From positions 38,987-102,986 of the forward strand of contig JAJPIP010000062.1 of assembly GCA_021324655.1 (NCBI GenBank): 64,000 nt of DNA. Direction: 5' to 3'. The stretch is from Pseudomonadota bacterium (GTDB lineage: Bacteria > Chloroflexota > UBA5177). The position numbers and the translations under genes are program-made. Of the stretch, positions 1-9,862 are shown one piece after another. The notes below the pieces were generated by a model that was given only the letters and a program-made list of their open reading frames with translations, searched no databases and was not told the origin of the DNA. Positions within the stretch are counted from its first letter, which is position 1. Each line of letters opens with the position of its first letter.

Positions 1-630
1 CGAGGAGCGGCCAGAGAGCAGCGGATCGTCACGGGAGCCGTCGTCCTCCGCCGGCATCCCAAACTGTGCGGGGTCCGGCGTCGGCTGCGCGAAGTAGTCC
101 TCGGTGAACTCCCCCCGCCATGACGTCATGGCGATGAAGGCCGCCATGCCGGCACCCCGTCCCCTGGCCGCATAGGCGTCTTGAAAGCGGGCTTCGGCTC
201 GCTCCACGGCCTCCGCGTCGGGAAGCACGAGGGCGAGGGGCGGCTCGTGTGCCACCAGGACGGTGACGTCGTCCGGGTGCGCCGCCACAAGTGCGAGCGC
301 GGTCACGGCGCCGCCACTGCTTGCGAACATCTCGACCGGTCCGGCGCCGAGGGCCTTGATGACGGCGTGCACATCCTCTGCCTGGACGGCGGGCACGTTG
401 TCGACCCGGCCGTCGCTCCGGGTGCTGCGGCCGAGCCCCCGCGGGTCATAGGTGATCACGGTGCGGTCAGGGAAGTACGACGCTAGCGTGCGGAAGCCGC
501 CGGCATCCATCGGCTGGCCGATCATGAACAGCGGTGGTCGTCCGTCGGCGGTCGGCAGCGGACCCTGGACATCGTAAACGATGGTGGCCTCGGGGGTCTC
601 AAGCGTGTGTGTCTTCAATTCAGTCTCCAT
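1..630 (-). CDS. alpha/beta fold hydrolase (runs off window start)
   Basis: Hand translation METELKTHTLETPEATIVYDVQGPLPTADGRPPLFMIGQPMDAGGFRTLASYFPDRTVITYDPRG; YDPRG motif; alternative TTG start at 618; not in ORF track because it is truncated by the window edge. Confidence 0.8.
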   Translation of the reverse strand, partial: METELKTHTLETPEATIVYDVQGPLPTADGRPPLFMIGQPMDAGGFRTLASYFPDRTVITYDPRGLGRSTRSDGRVDNVPAVQAEDVHAVIKALGAGPVEMFASSGGAVTALALVAAHPDDVTVLVAHEPPLALVLPDAEAVERAEARFQDAYAARGRGAGMAAFIAMTSWRGEFTEDYFAQPTPDPAQFGMPAEDDGSRDDPLLSGRSS

Positions 631-822
631 CGGGGGTCGCCAGATGGCGAGGCATGCTCCGTGATCGTGCCCGGCTGATTGTGTTAGAGACTACCGCGCC
701 GAGCACGAGGCACGCGAGGTGCGGCCGTAGCCCCTTGAAAACTCCTGCGCAGAGTCTATTACGGCCGGGTGGGCGCCGGGCGTGGCCGTGTCCGGAGTGT
801 CCACCTCATAAGCGAAAGCAGT

Positions 823-1905
823 TTATGATCTTTGGCGGCGGGCCACGAGCCAGGTGAAGGGCTGAACGCCACCAGCCGGGGTCCGATGGTCGGAGCGTGT
901 CGTGCCGATGACCTGGAACGTCGGTCCCAGCGCACTCGCCAACTCGTCTGCCCCGTAGCGCTGCACCGGAAGGCCGGAGCAGTGATCCGGGCCATCAGCC
1001 GCAAAGACACCGATGATGACGGCACCACCGGGTTGAACCGCGGCGCGAAGCGCCTCCAGGTATCGCTGCCGATCCGCCGGTGTGACGAGGAAATGGAACA
1101 TGGCCCGGTCATGCCACAGCGCGTAGTGCCGTGTGGGGTTCCAGGTCAGCACATCTGCATGGAGCCATCTCACCGGTGCGTGGGGAGGAACGCGCTCCTG
1201 GACCGCTCGCAGCGCCACCGCCGATATGTCGAGAACGGTGATGTCGGAGAACCCCCGTGTGAGGAGACAATCGACCAGAGATGAGGCGCCGGCGCCTATG
1301 TCGATGATCGCCGCGTCGCGGCGAATGTCCAGGGTCTCGATCAGCTCCAGTGAGGTGTCGGGGATGGGCTGGTACCAGCTCACCCCGGTACTGCCCTGGC
1401 GAACCAAGGCTGTGTCCCAATGGTGCTGTTGCGATTGGGGGACGCCGGCTGGTGCTTCGGGGTCGTGCGGCCCCATCCCTGGCAGCTCACATGCGGGTCG
1501 AGGGGGCGGAGCGATCCCGACCGGCAGTCCAGCCTGGAGCCAGGCCTCAAAGCCGCCGATGACATCACCGACCTGCTGGAAACCAAGATCCCGGAGCGTG
1601 GATGCAGCGAGGCTCGAGGAGAAGCCGTGGTCGCAGAGGAGGATGATGGGCTGGTCAAGTCCGGCGATATGGGGGCTGCGCCAGTCACTATCGGGATCCA
1701 GCCGCCACTCCAGAACGGTGCGGGGAATGTGCAGCGAGCCCGGGATGATGCCGTCGTGTATCCGGTCGGTGTCGCCGCGAATGTCGATGATCGTCGCACC
1801 ATTTCGCATGGCGGCAAGCGCTTGAGCCGGCTCGAACCGCTCGATCCGGGATCGTGCGTCGCTCAGCAACTGACTGATGGTGCAACGATGGACGGACTCT
1901 GGCAT
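823..1905 (-). CDS. rhodanese domain fused to class I SAM-dependent methyltransferase
   Basis: N-half IIDIR..GIIPGSLHIPRTVLEWRLDP..LLCDHGFSS (rhodanese with active-site Cys); C-half HW..VSWYQ..IIDIGAGAS..LWHDRAMFHFL; start codon uncertain. Confidence 0.8.
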   Translation of the reverse strand: MPESVHRCTISQLLSDARSRIERFEPAQALAAMRNGATIIDIRGDTDRIHDGIIPGSLHIPRTVLEWRLDPDSDWRSPHIAGLDQPIILLCDHGFSSSLAASTLRDLGFQQVGDVIGGFEAWLQAGLPVGIAPPPRPACELPGMGPHDPEAPAGVPQSQQHHWDTALVRQGSTGVSWYQPIPDTSLELIETLDIRRDAAIIDIGAGASSLVDCLLTRGFSDITVLDISAVALRAVQERVPPHAPVRWLHADVLTWNPTRHYALWHDRAMFHFLVTPADRQRYLEALRAAVQPGGAVIIGVFAADGPDHCSGLPVQRYGADELASALGPTFQVIGTTRSDHRTPAGGVQPFTWLVARRQRS

Positions 1906-2034
1906 GGCACTTTCCGGCGTCGAGGACGTCGTTATCCCGAATCTGCTCGGTTCAAGCACAGGAGGCAGAGACGGGAGGACCCTGTGTGGCTCTTGCCTCC
2001 AGGCGCTTCCACCGTGTCCCTGCCTGCCTCGGCT

Positions 2035-2412
2035 CTAGCCGTGGGCGTGTGCTGCCTCCTCCGGCGGAAAGTCGAGCAAGGTGGACGGATCGTCGCCAAC
2101 GACCCAGATGTCATGCCCCACCGCCGGGATGACGAACGCGTCGCCGGGGGCCATCTCCCGCTCGGTGCCGTCCGCCATCCGCACGCCCAGCCGGCCCGAT
2201 AGGACGTACCCGGTGTGGGGGATCTCGCACAGGTCGGTACCCATGAGCGGCTTGACGTGCTCCGTCCAGCGAAAGCCCGGCTGGAACGTGGCCCGATGGA
2301 CGGCGGTCTCGCCAAGCTGGACGATCTCCACCCGGGCCAGGTCACCCACCGGAAACGCCTGGTCCGGGACGTCGAAGCTTTTGGTATGGAGCCGGGGTAT
2401 CGTGCTGGTCAT
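2035..2412 (-). CDS. cupin domain protein
   Basis: QPGFRWTEHVKP..CEIPHTGYVLSGRL..PGDAFVIPAVGHDIWV; GGAGGAG RBS upstream of ATG 2412. Confidence 0.85.
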   Translation of the reverse strand: MTSTIPRLHTKSFDVPDQAFPVGDLARVEIVQLGETAVHRATFQPGFRWTEHVKPLMGTDLCEIPHTGYVLSGRLGVRMADGTEREMAPGDAFVIPAVGHDIWVVGDDPSTLLDFPPEEAAHAHG

Positions 2413-2734
2413 CGCTAACTCCTCCCTTTCTCTGGTCTTAGGCAAGGTCCAGCGTACGGCGCCCCGGCCGGGTTGCCATTCCCCAAGCGGGGTATATTCG
2501 GCCATCCTGGGGGGGTATTTCTGGGTCGCAGGGAGGGGGCGTCCCCACCCGCCGGGGCGCGCGACGTAGTCGCTACCGCGTCAAGGAGGTAGACGCCCGG
2601 GAGATCCCGGGCGTGATCGATCGTGAGGGAGGCAGTGCCCGGAGAAGCGTAGAGACACTGGCACGGGACTGCTCAGTCGAGCTCGCCCCATGCGGCTAAA
2701 GCCGGGGCACGCGAGGGCTGCCGACGGTCACGCC

Positions 2735-2863
2735 CGGGAGGAGGGGGTGACGGCGGAGGCGAGCCGGGTCCAGCAGAACGGGAAGATCCGCTACCAGCGG
2801 AGCCAGGTCACCATCGCGGCCCTGACCGGATTGCGGGCCAGGTCCTGCGGGTGCCACCGGATC
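2735..2863 (+). pseudogene. C-terminal remnant of Crp/Fnr-family regulator
   Basis: REEGVTAEASRVQQNGKIRYQRSQVTIAALTGLRARSCGCHRI resembles the Crp HTH tail (RREGVTEAA.RLQ..G.I.Y.RG.ITI.D..GL...SCECY); no N-terminal cNMP domain. Confidence 0.6.
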
Positions 2864-2946
2864 TCGCGTGCCCAGAGCGCACCAAATCGACTGCAGCGCG
2901 CCGCTCTCCATGCCGGTCCGCGACAGAGGAGCCCGTCACTCAAACC

Positions 2947-3183
2947 CGGCTGCTCTTCGATGCGCACGCGGACAATCGGAAAAGCCACGGCAGCAACGGC
3001 GGCCTCCTGTTCCGCAATGCCGACAACCCGAACGAGTTCTTGGCCGTGTTTACCTTCGACTCGGTGGCCCACGCCCGCGAGTTCACCCAGGATCCCAGCC
3101 TGCGCGAAGCCATGTCGAAAGCAGGCGTGATCGACCGGCCGGACGTGTACTTCCCGGAGCAGGTGGAGCAGGTCCCGGTGTAA
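2947..3183 (+). pseudogene. 5'-truncated ABM/cyclase-like small protein
   Basis: FDAHADNRKSHGSNGGLLFRNADNPNE..LREAMSKAGVIDRPDVYF matches the dimeric alpha-beta barrel small-protein pattern; usual N-terminal strand and a credible start are missing. Confidence 0.55.
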
Positions 3184-3208
3184 GGCGGGATCGGTCAACC
3201 GGGCCGAC

Positions 3209-3243
3209 GGGAGCGGCTTCCCCTGTGGGAGCCGCTTCTCTTT
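3209..3243 (+). terminator. intrinsic terminator
   Basis: GAGCGGCTTCCC-CTGT-GGGAGCCGCTTC hairpin followed by TCTTT just after stop 3183. Confidence 0.65.
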
Positions 3244-3506
3244 GCTACGCCGCGCGCGACTGTTCTACTGTCGGCGCCGTCCCGTTGCCGATCGTCCTCT
3301 CGGGTCAGAAGCGGGTGGCAGGCCGCCCGCCCCTCATCCCCCGCGAGCTGCCGGTTCTCCAGCACGCCAGTCTGCTGATCGCAGCCGGGGTCGCTCTGGC
3401 TGCCGCTGCGGCCAGCCTGACGCTCAATCCGTCGCACGCATAGCCGGTGGATATCGATTTAGACCTGGACTGTCAATTGCTGTGCATCCATCGGAGGAGT
3501 TTAAAC

Positions 3507-3932
3507 ATGCGCATCACGAGATCCAGCCGCCAGGAGACGGGCCGCGGGCCAAGTGACTGGTTCACCGGAATGGTCTACGTCGACCCGATGGCGGAGCAAT
3601 ATGGCCCGTCACGCCTTGCGGCCAGCAACGTCCACTTCACTCCCGGCGCGCGGACTGCCTGGCATACCCATCCGAAGGGGCAGACGATCGTCGTGACGGA
3701 AGGTATCGGGCTCTGCCAGCGGCGCGGCGGACCGATCGAGGTGATTCGCCCCGGTGATCGCGTCTTCTTCGAGCCGGGTGAGGATCACTGGCATGGTGCG
3801 ACGCCGAACCGCTTCATGACCCACATCGCCATGCAGCAGGCTGACGACGAGGGCAACGTGGTGACCTGGGGCCCGCATGTCACCGACGAGGAATACGCCG
3901 CAGCGCCGACGGATGGGCGCGAGGAGGCGTGA
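3507..3932 (+). CDS. cupin domain protein
   Basis: GPSDWFTG..VHFTPGARTAWHTHPKGQ..GEDHWHGA; GGAGGAG RBS. Confidence 0.9.
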   Translation: MRITRSSRQETGRGPSDWFTGMVYVDPMAEQYGPSRLAASNVHFTPGARTAWHTHPKGQTIVVTEGIGLCQRRGGPIEVIRPGDRVFFEPGEDHWHGATPNRFMTHIAMQQADDEGNVVTWGPHVTDEEYAAAPTDGREEA

Positions 3933-4957
3933 CCATGCACGGAGCCGTTCTCTACGCCCCGTATGACATTCGCGACGTCGAGCGCCCCGATCCGACCATC
4001 ATCGAGCCGACCGACGCCATCATCCGCCTGTCGGCCACCTGTATCTGCGGGTCCGACCTGTGGCCGTACCGCGGCATCGATCCGATCAGTGAACCGACAC
4101 CGATGGGACACGAGTACGTCGGCATCGTCGAGGAGGCCGGCAGTGCGGTCACGACGATCAAACCTGGCCAATTCGTCGTCGGATCGTTCTTCGCCTCCGA
4201 CAACACCTGCCCGATCTGTCAGGCCGGCTACCAGTCCCGTTGCGTGCATGCGGAGCCGATCGGCGCGATCGGCACCCAGGCGGAGTACGCACGCATCCCG
4301 CTGGCCGACGGCACCCTGGTCGCGACTCCGGATATCCCGTCCGACGATCTCATTCCCAGCCTGCTCGCGGCCTCGGACGTGCTCGGCACCGGCTGGTTCG
4401 CTGCCGTCGCCGCCGATGTTGCGCCCGGCAGGACCGTGGCAGTCGTCGGCGATGGCGCCGTCGGGGTGCTCGCCGTTCTCGCGGCAAAACAGCTGGGGGC
4501 CGAGCGAATCATCATCATGAGCCGGCATGAGGACCGGCAGAAGCTGGCCGCCGAATTTGGCGCAACCGACATCGTGACCGAGCGCGGCGACGCGGGTGCG
4601 GCGCAGGTCAAGGAGTTGACCGACGGACTCGGCGCGCATTCGACCATCGAGGCGGTCGGCACCCAGGAGTCGATGATGCAAGCCATCGGGTCCACCCGGC
4701 CCGGCGGCGCTGTCGGCTATGTCGGTGTGCCCCACGAGGTCGCACTGCCCGGCGAGGAGTTGTTCTTCGCCGAGGTTCATTTGCTGGGTGGTCCCGCCCC
4801 GGTGCGTCGTTTCCTCCCCGAGCTAATCAATCTGATCTGCAACCGGAAGATCAACCCCGGCAGGGTGTTCGACCTGGAGCTACCCCTGTCCGAGGTCGCG
4901 GCGGGCTACCGCGCCATGGACGACCGGCGTGCCATCAAGGTCCTGCTCCGACCCTGA
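3929..4957 (+). CDS. zinc-dependent alcohol dehydrogenase family
   Basis: CGSDL, MGHEYVG, VVGDGAVG Rossmann motif; overlaps cupin stop (GTGA). Confidence 0.92.
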   Translation: MTMHGAVLYAPYDIRDVERPDPTIIEPTDAIIRLSATCICGSDLWPYRGIDPISEPTPMGHEYVGIVEEAGSAVTTIKPGQFVVGSFFASDNTCPICQAGYQSRCVHAEPIGAIGTQAEYARIPLADGTLVATPDIPSDDLIPSLLAASDVLGTGWFAAVAADVAPGRTVAVVGDGAVGVLAVLAAKQLGAERIIIMSRHEDRQKLAAEFGATDIVTERGDAGAAQVKELTDGLGAHSTIEAVGTQESMMQAIGSTRPGGAVGYVGVPHEVALPGEELFFAEVHLLGGPAPVRRFLPELINLICNRKINPGRVFDLELPLSEVAAGYRAMDDRRAIKVLLRP

Positions 4958-4974
4958 TACCAGGGGGAATCCCT

Positions 4975-5319
4975 ATGATCGAGGAGCCGCCCTTCTGCTA
5001 CCTGACGACAATCGGCAGGCGGACGCACCGACCACATGAGATTGAGATCTGGTTCGCGCGCGAAGGCAATAGCCTGTACGTCCTGTCCGGTGGCCGCGAC
5101 CGCTCAGACTGGGTGCGCAATCTCCAACGTGACCCGCGGGTGACGGTTCGGATCTTGGACCGGACGCACCACGCCACTGCACGGGTGGTTGAACCGGATA
5201 CGGAGGAAGATGCCTTGGCTCGCCGGCTCTTGCTGGCGAAGTACCAGACTCCGGGAGGCGATGACCTGACGAACTGGGGTCGCACCGCACTGCCCGTGGC
5301 TCTCGATCTCCTCTCGTGA
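4975..5319 (+). CDS. nitroreductase-family deazaflavin (F420)-dependent oxidoreductase
   Basis: YLTTIGRRTHRPHEIEIWF..SDWVRNLQRDPRVTVRI (DDN-like). Confidence 0.85.
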   Translation: MIEEPPFCYLTTIGRRTHRPHEIEIWFAREGNSLYVLSGGRDRSDWVRNLQRDPRVTVRILDRTHHATARVVEPDTEEDALARRLLLAKYQTPGGDDLTNWGRTALPVALDLLS

Positions 5320-5439
5320 ATGCGGGTCGACCGTTGGTGGAGCGCTGACCGGCATGTTACCGTGTGAAACATAGGCGGACCCTCTGCAACCTCCTGTCTC
5401 GCAAGGATGACGGGTAGGTGCGCCCGGGAGGAATGACAC

Positions 5440-8400
5440 GTGCGCGATGCCCTGGACTCGCCGCCGTTCGGCCAGGACGCGGGGTCAGATAGCAGCGACA
5501 GTCACTACTACAGCGTGTCGCAGGCGGCAGCGTTGCTGGGCGTCAGCCGGGTGACCGTCTGGCGCTGGATCGGCGAGGACCGGCTGCGGGCCGCGCGGCT
5601 CGGTCACCGCACCACCCGCATCAAACGGGAGGATCTGGACGCCTTCGTTGCCCAATGTGAATCCACTCGCTTCCGATCTCGGTCTCTCAGGGAAGCGGGC
5701 GCCCGGCGAGGGACAGAGACGGATGTCGCGAACCATCCGGCCGAGGATCCCTCGGAGAGCGGTGCAGGCGAGCACATCGTCCAGTTCTACGAGTCGGATG
5801 AGTCTCTCCTCGATTCCGTGGCAGAGTTCCTTGCCGCCGGCCTGGGGTCGGGTGACGCAGGAATACTCCTGGCGACGCCGGAGCACCGGGCGGGCGTGGA
5901 GGAACGACTGCGCGCCGCCGGCCTGGACACCGCGGCGGTCCAAGACCGCGGCCGGTTTGTCAGCGCGGATGCGGCCGCGGCGTTGGCGGCCTGCCGGATC
6001 GACGGCACCGTCGATCCGGAGCACTTCCAGAAGGCGGTGGGCGACATCGTGACGCGCGCGGTGGAAGAGCACCGCCATGTGCACGTCTTCGGCGAGCTGG
6101 TGGCACTCCTCGTGGAGGAGGGGGATCACGCAGCCGCCCTGCGGCTAGAACAACTCTGGAATGACCTGCAGCGGGCGCTCGGCTTCACGCTGATGTGTGG
6201 CTATCCGATGGACGGCTTCGGCGGCGCGGCGCTCGCCGAGGTCTTCGGCGATGTCTGCGCCGAACACTCCCGCGTGATCCCGGCCGAGGGCTACGCCGCA
6301 CTGAACGATCCGGACGATCCGCGACGCATAATCGCGGAGTTGCAGCAGAAGACAGTCTCGCTGGAGCGGGAGATCGCTCAACGGGAGGCAGCCGAGGAAG
6401 CACTGCGCGCCGGTGAGGAGCGGTTCCGGGCGCTCATCACGGCCAGCTCGGACGTGGTGTACCGGATGAGCCCGGATTGGCGCGAGATGCGCCGTCTCGA
6501 GGGGCGTGACTTCATCGCCCACACCGGCGAGCCAACTGGAACCTGGCTGGAGACGTACATCCATCCCGACGATCAGCCGCACGTCATGGCGGCCATCAGT
6601 AACGCCATTCGGACCAAGAGCACCTTCGAGCTCGAGCACCGGGTCCGGCGCGTCGACGGCACCCTGGGCTGGACACTCTCGCGCGCCGTTCCGTTGCTGG
6701 ATGTCGACGGTGAGATCGTCGAGTGGGTGGGCACCGCCAGCGACGTGACCCGACGCAAGGAGGCCGAGGAAGCCGCAGCCGTGAGCCGGGCCGCGGCCGA
6801 GCGGCAGCGGCGGCTGTACGAGGCCATCCTGACCAACACCCCCGACCAGGCCTACATCTTCGACCTCAATCACCGCTTCACGTATGCCAACGAGGGCCTC
6901 CTCAAGATGTGGGGACGCACCTGGGACGAGGCGATCGGGAAGAGCTGCCTCGAGCTAGGGTATCCGGAGTGGCACGCTGCGAGGCACGATCGGGAGATCG
7001 AGCAGGTCATCGCCACCAAGCAGCCAATCCGTGGTGAGGTGCCGTTCTCCGGCGCGTTCGGCCGGCGGATCTACGACTACATCTTCGTGCCCGTGTTGGG
7101 TTCGGATGGAGAGGTCGAGGCGGTGGCCGGCACAACGCGCGATGTGACCGACTACTGGCAGGCCGAGGCCCTGCAGTCGGTGGAGGTTCGGGTACTCGAG
7201 TTGGTCGCGCAGCGCACGCCGCTGCCGCGCGTCCTCACCGAGCTGACCCGCGCCGTCGAGGAGCTTGCTGATGGGATGCTCGCATCCGTGCTGCTGCTGG
7301 ACGAGGATGGACAGCACCTGCGTCACGGGGCGGCTCCCAGCCTGCCCGACACCTACACGCGGGGGATCGACGGCATCCAGATCGGTCCGGCCGTCGGCTC
7401 GTGCGGCACGGCCGTGCACCGCAGGGAACGGGTCGTCGTCACGGACATCGCCGTCGACCCGTTGTGGGTGGACTTCCGGGAGCTGGCGCTGGCGCACGGC
7501 CTCCATGCCTGCTGGTCGACACCGATCCGTGGTGCGGGCGGCGACGTGCTCGGAACCTTCGCGTTGTACTACCGAGCGCCGCGTGAGCCGAGCCCGGGTG
7601 AGCTCGATCTGATCGACCGCGTGGTGCGGGTGGCCGCCCTCGCCATCGAGCGGGCGCGGAGCGAGACGGAGCGCGCGAGGTTGTTGGCGCGAGAGCGCGC
7701 GGCGCGTACCGAGACGGAAACGCTCTACCGTGTCGGCCAGGCTCTGTCGGCGGAACTCGACCTTCAGAAGTTGCTGCAGGCGGTCACCGATGCCGCCACC
7801 GAGTTGAGCGGTGCTCACTTCGGCGCGTTCTTCTACAACGTCGTCAAGGCCGAAGGCGAATCGTACATGCTCTACACCCTCTCCGGCGCTCCGCGGGAGG
7901 CCTTCGACCGGTTCCCGATGCCGCGCAATACCTCGATCTTCGGGCCCACCTTCCGGGGCGAGGGAATCGTCCGCCTGGACGACGTAACCCGGGATTCTCG
8001 CTATGGGAACAACCCGCCGTACTACGGGATGCCGAAGGGTCACCTGCCGGTGCGGAGCTACCTGGCGGTGCCGGTCGTCTCGGCCCGAGGAGAGGTGTTC
8101 GGCGGCCTCTTCTTCGGCCATCCAGAGCCGGGCGTCTTCACGGAACGGGCGGAACGGCTGGTGGCGGGGATCGCCGCTCAGGCGGCGATCGCCCTCGACA
8201 ACGCCCGCCTCTACCAGCAGGTCCAAGAGGCGTTGCGCATGCGTGATACCTTCCTGACCGCCGCGGCGCACGATCTGAAGACACCCCTGACCTCGGTCAA
8301 GGGGATGGCGCAGCTCTTGCGCCGGCGCGCGGCGCAGGGCAACGCGGATTCCGATCGGCTGGCTGAGGGCCTGGCCAGCATCGATACCGCGGCGTCCCGC

Positions 8401-8970
8401 ATGACACAGCAGCTCGATGAGCTGCTCGACGTGACCCGGCTCCAGATGGGCCAGCCGTTGGCGCTCCGGCGGCGCCCCACCGATCTCGTGGCAGTGGTGC
8501 GGCGGGTCGCGGCCGAGCAACAGCAGACCGCCGAGTGTCATCGTATCCACGTGGAAGCGAGCCGGCCGGAGCTTGTCGGCGCGTGGGACGAAGTGCGGCT
8601 GGCGCGAGTGGTGAACAACCTGGTCGGTAATGCCATCAAGTACAGTCCGGAGGGCGGCGACGTCGCGGTCACGCTGGCCGCCGAGGAAGATGCCGGCGGC
8701 ACATGGGCCGTGCTGCGGGTGCGCGACCAGGGCGTGGGCATCCCGGCGGCGGACCTCCCGCACATCTTCGATCGGTTTCATCGGGCAAGCAACGTCGGAG
8801 GGATTTCCGGGGCTGGGATCGGGCTCGCCAGCGCGCGTCAGATCGTCGAGCAGCACGGCGGGGTAATCTCCGCCGAGAGCATCGATGGCGCCGGAAGCGT
8901 GTTTGCCGTGCGACTTCCCATCGGGCCAGGCGAGGACGATCCTACAACGGGCGAGGCCGGCAGTCTATAG
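5440..8970 (+). CDS. sensor histidine kinase: HTH_17 + MEDS + 2xPAS + 2xGAF + HisKA + HATPase
   Basis: YSVSQAAALLGVSRVTVWRWI (excisionase-type HTH); HIVQFYE..FGELV..LEQLWN..CGYP (MEDS); IHPDD PAS; GSCGTA GAF; AHDLKTPL H-box; NAIKYS, DQGVGI, GAGIGL. Confidence 0.9.
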   Translation: MRDALDSPPFGQDAGSDSSDSHYYSVSQAAALLGVSRVTVWRWIGEDRLRAARLGHRTTRIKREDLDAFVAQCESTRFRSRSLREAGARRGTETDVANHPAEDPSESGAGEHIVQFYESDESLLDSVAEFLAAGLGSGDAGILLATPEHRAGVEERLRAAGLDTAAVQDRGRFVSADAAAALAACRIDGTVDPEHFQKAVGDIVTRAVEEHRHVHVFGELVALLVEEGDHAAALRLEQLWNDLQRALGFTLMCGYPMDGFGGAALAEVFGDVCAEHSRVIPAEGYAALNDPDDPRRIIAELQQKTVSLEREIAQREAAEEALRAGEERFRALITASSDVVYRMSPDWREMRRLEGRDFIAHTGEPTGTWLETYIHPDDQPHVMAAISNAIRTKSTFELEHRVRRVDGTLGWTLSRAVPLLDVDGEIVEWVGTASDVTRRKEAEEAAAVSRAAAERQRRLYEAILTNTPDQAYIFDLNHRFTYANEGLLKMWGRTWDEAIGKSCLELGYPEWHAARHDREIEQVIATKQPIRGEVPFSGAFGRRIYDYIFVPVLGSDGEVEAVAGTTRDVTDYWQAEALQSVEVRVLELVAQRTPLPRVLTELTRAVEELADGMLASVLLLDEDGQHLRHGAAPSLPDTYTRGIDGIQIGPAVGSCGTAVHRRERVVVTDIAVDPLWVDFRELALAHGLHACWSTPIRGAGGDVLGTFALYYRAPREPSPGELDLIDRVVRVAALAIERARSETERARLLARERAARTETETLYRVGQALSAELDLQKLLQAVTDAATELSGAHFGAFFYNVVKAEGESYMLYTLSGAPREAFDRFPMPRNTSIFGPTFRGEGIVRLDDVTRDSRYGNNPPYYGMPKGHLPVRSYLAVPVVSARGEVFGGLFFGHPEPGVFTERAERLVAGIAAQAAIALDNARLYQQVQEALRMRDTFLTAAAHDLKTPLTSVKGMAQLLRRRAAQGNADSDRLAEGLASIDTAASRMTQQLDELLDVTRLQMGQPLALRRRPTDLVAVVRRVAAEQQQTAECHRIHVEASRPELVGAWDEVRLARVVNNLVGNAIKYSPEGGDVAVTLAAEEDAGGTWAVLRVRDQGVGIPAADLPHIFDRFHRASNVGGISGAGIGLASARQIVEQHGGVISAESIDGAGSVFAVRLPIGPGEDDPTTGEAGSL

Positions 8971-9061
8971 GTCTATCCGCCGGATCGGGCCCGCACTGGA
9001 GCCAGTGATCCCGGCAAGCATGGCCGGCCTGAAACCAGGTAAGGTCGTCGGAACACTCTCT

Positions 9062-9862
9062 CTATTCCGCAATCACAAAGCGGAAGAGATTCTGAAAGCG
9101 GATTCTACCGTCCTCGGCGCGGAACTCCTGGAGGGCCTCAAGCATCGCCTGCCGTACGCGCTCTTCCCCACTGTGCTGGACGGCACGGGCGGTGCCGCCG
9201 CTGGACAGCGACGCCCGGACGGCAGTCTCGGCATCCGGATGCTCGACGACAATCGGTACCTCGCCGCGCGTCACCACCCGGAGTCCCGCCCCCTCAAGGG
9301 CCGCGTCCAGCAGGCCGGGAGCGGACAGGGCGAAAGGACCCGGCGCGTCCGGCGGTTGTGGAGGTGCCAGCGCGGTGACGGCCGCCATGACTCTGGGCTG
9401 CTGGCTCTCCTCACGGGGCGCCCAGACGGCGACACTCACCTTTCCACCCGTCCCCAGCACCCGGCGGGCCTCCTGGAGGGCCGTGACCGGATGGCCGGCG
9501 AACTGAAGGGAGTTGAAGTAGGTGACGGCGTCGAAGGAGCCGTCCGGCCAGGGAAGGTCTTCCATATCGCCGACACGGAAATCGCCATCTGGAACGCGCT
9601 GCCGGGCGACGTCGACCGAGCCGGGCGACGCATCCAGACCTGCGACCCGAGCGCCGCGGCGGGCAGCGAGCGAGGCAGCGCCGCCGGGGCCACAGCCCAC
9701 ATCCAGCAGACGCGTCCCGCTCCCAATGCCCAGCCTTTCGTGGACCGCCTCGTACAAGGGGTAGTTGTGCGGCTCGATGTACCGCGCCCAGTCCTGTGCC
9801 CCGCTACTCCAGAGTCCGCCGTGCGTCTGTCCGGTTGTCATGCCTCGCTCCGTCTCGCTCAT
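9062..9862 (-). CDS. class I SAM-dependent methyltransferase
   Basis: LLDVGCGPG, LPWPDGSFDAV; start overlaps upstream VOC stop. Confidence 0.88.
   Translation of the reverse strand: MSETERGMTTGQTHGGLWSSGAQDWARYIEPHNYPLYEAVHERLGIGSGTRLLDVGCGPGGAASLAARRGARVAGLDASPGSVDVARQRVPDGDFRVGDMEDLPWPDGSFDAVTYFNSLQFAGHPVTALQEARRVLGTGGKVSVAVWAPREESQQPRVMAAVTALAPPQPPDAPGPFALSAPGLLDAALEGAGLRVVTRGEVPIVVEHPDAETAVRASLSSGGTARAVQHSGEERVRQAMLEALQEFRAEDGRIRFQNLFRFVIAE

Noticed and set aside
2594-2615. Palindrome ACGCCCGGGA-GA-TCCCGGGCGT as a REP/MITE element
   Set aside because: Single copy seen in the window and no U tract; function cannot be assigned
5500-5660. Excisionase-like HTH as evidence of a prophage or ICE
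   Set aside because: In-frame part of the histidine kinase; no integrase or phage genes in the window
6955-8856. 633-aa minus-strand ORF and many similar long antisense ORFs (e.g. 37157-38344, 39461-40774, 53278-54555)
   Set aside because: Shadow frames of real genes in high-GC DNA; no motifs
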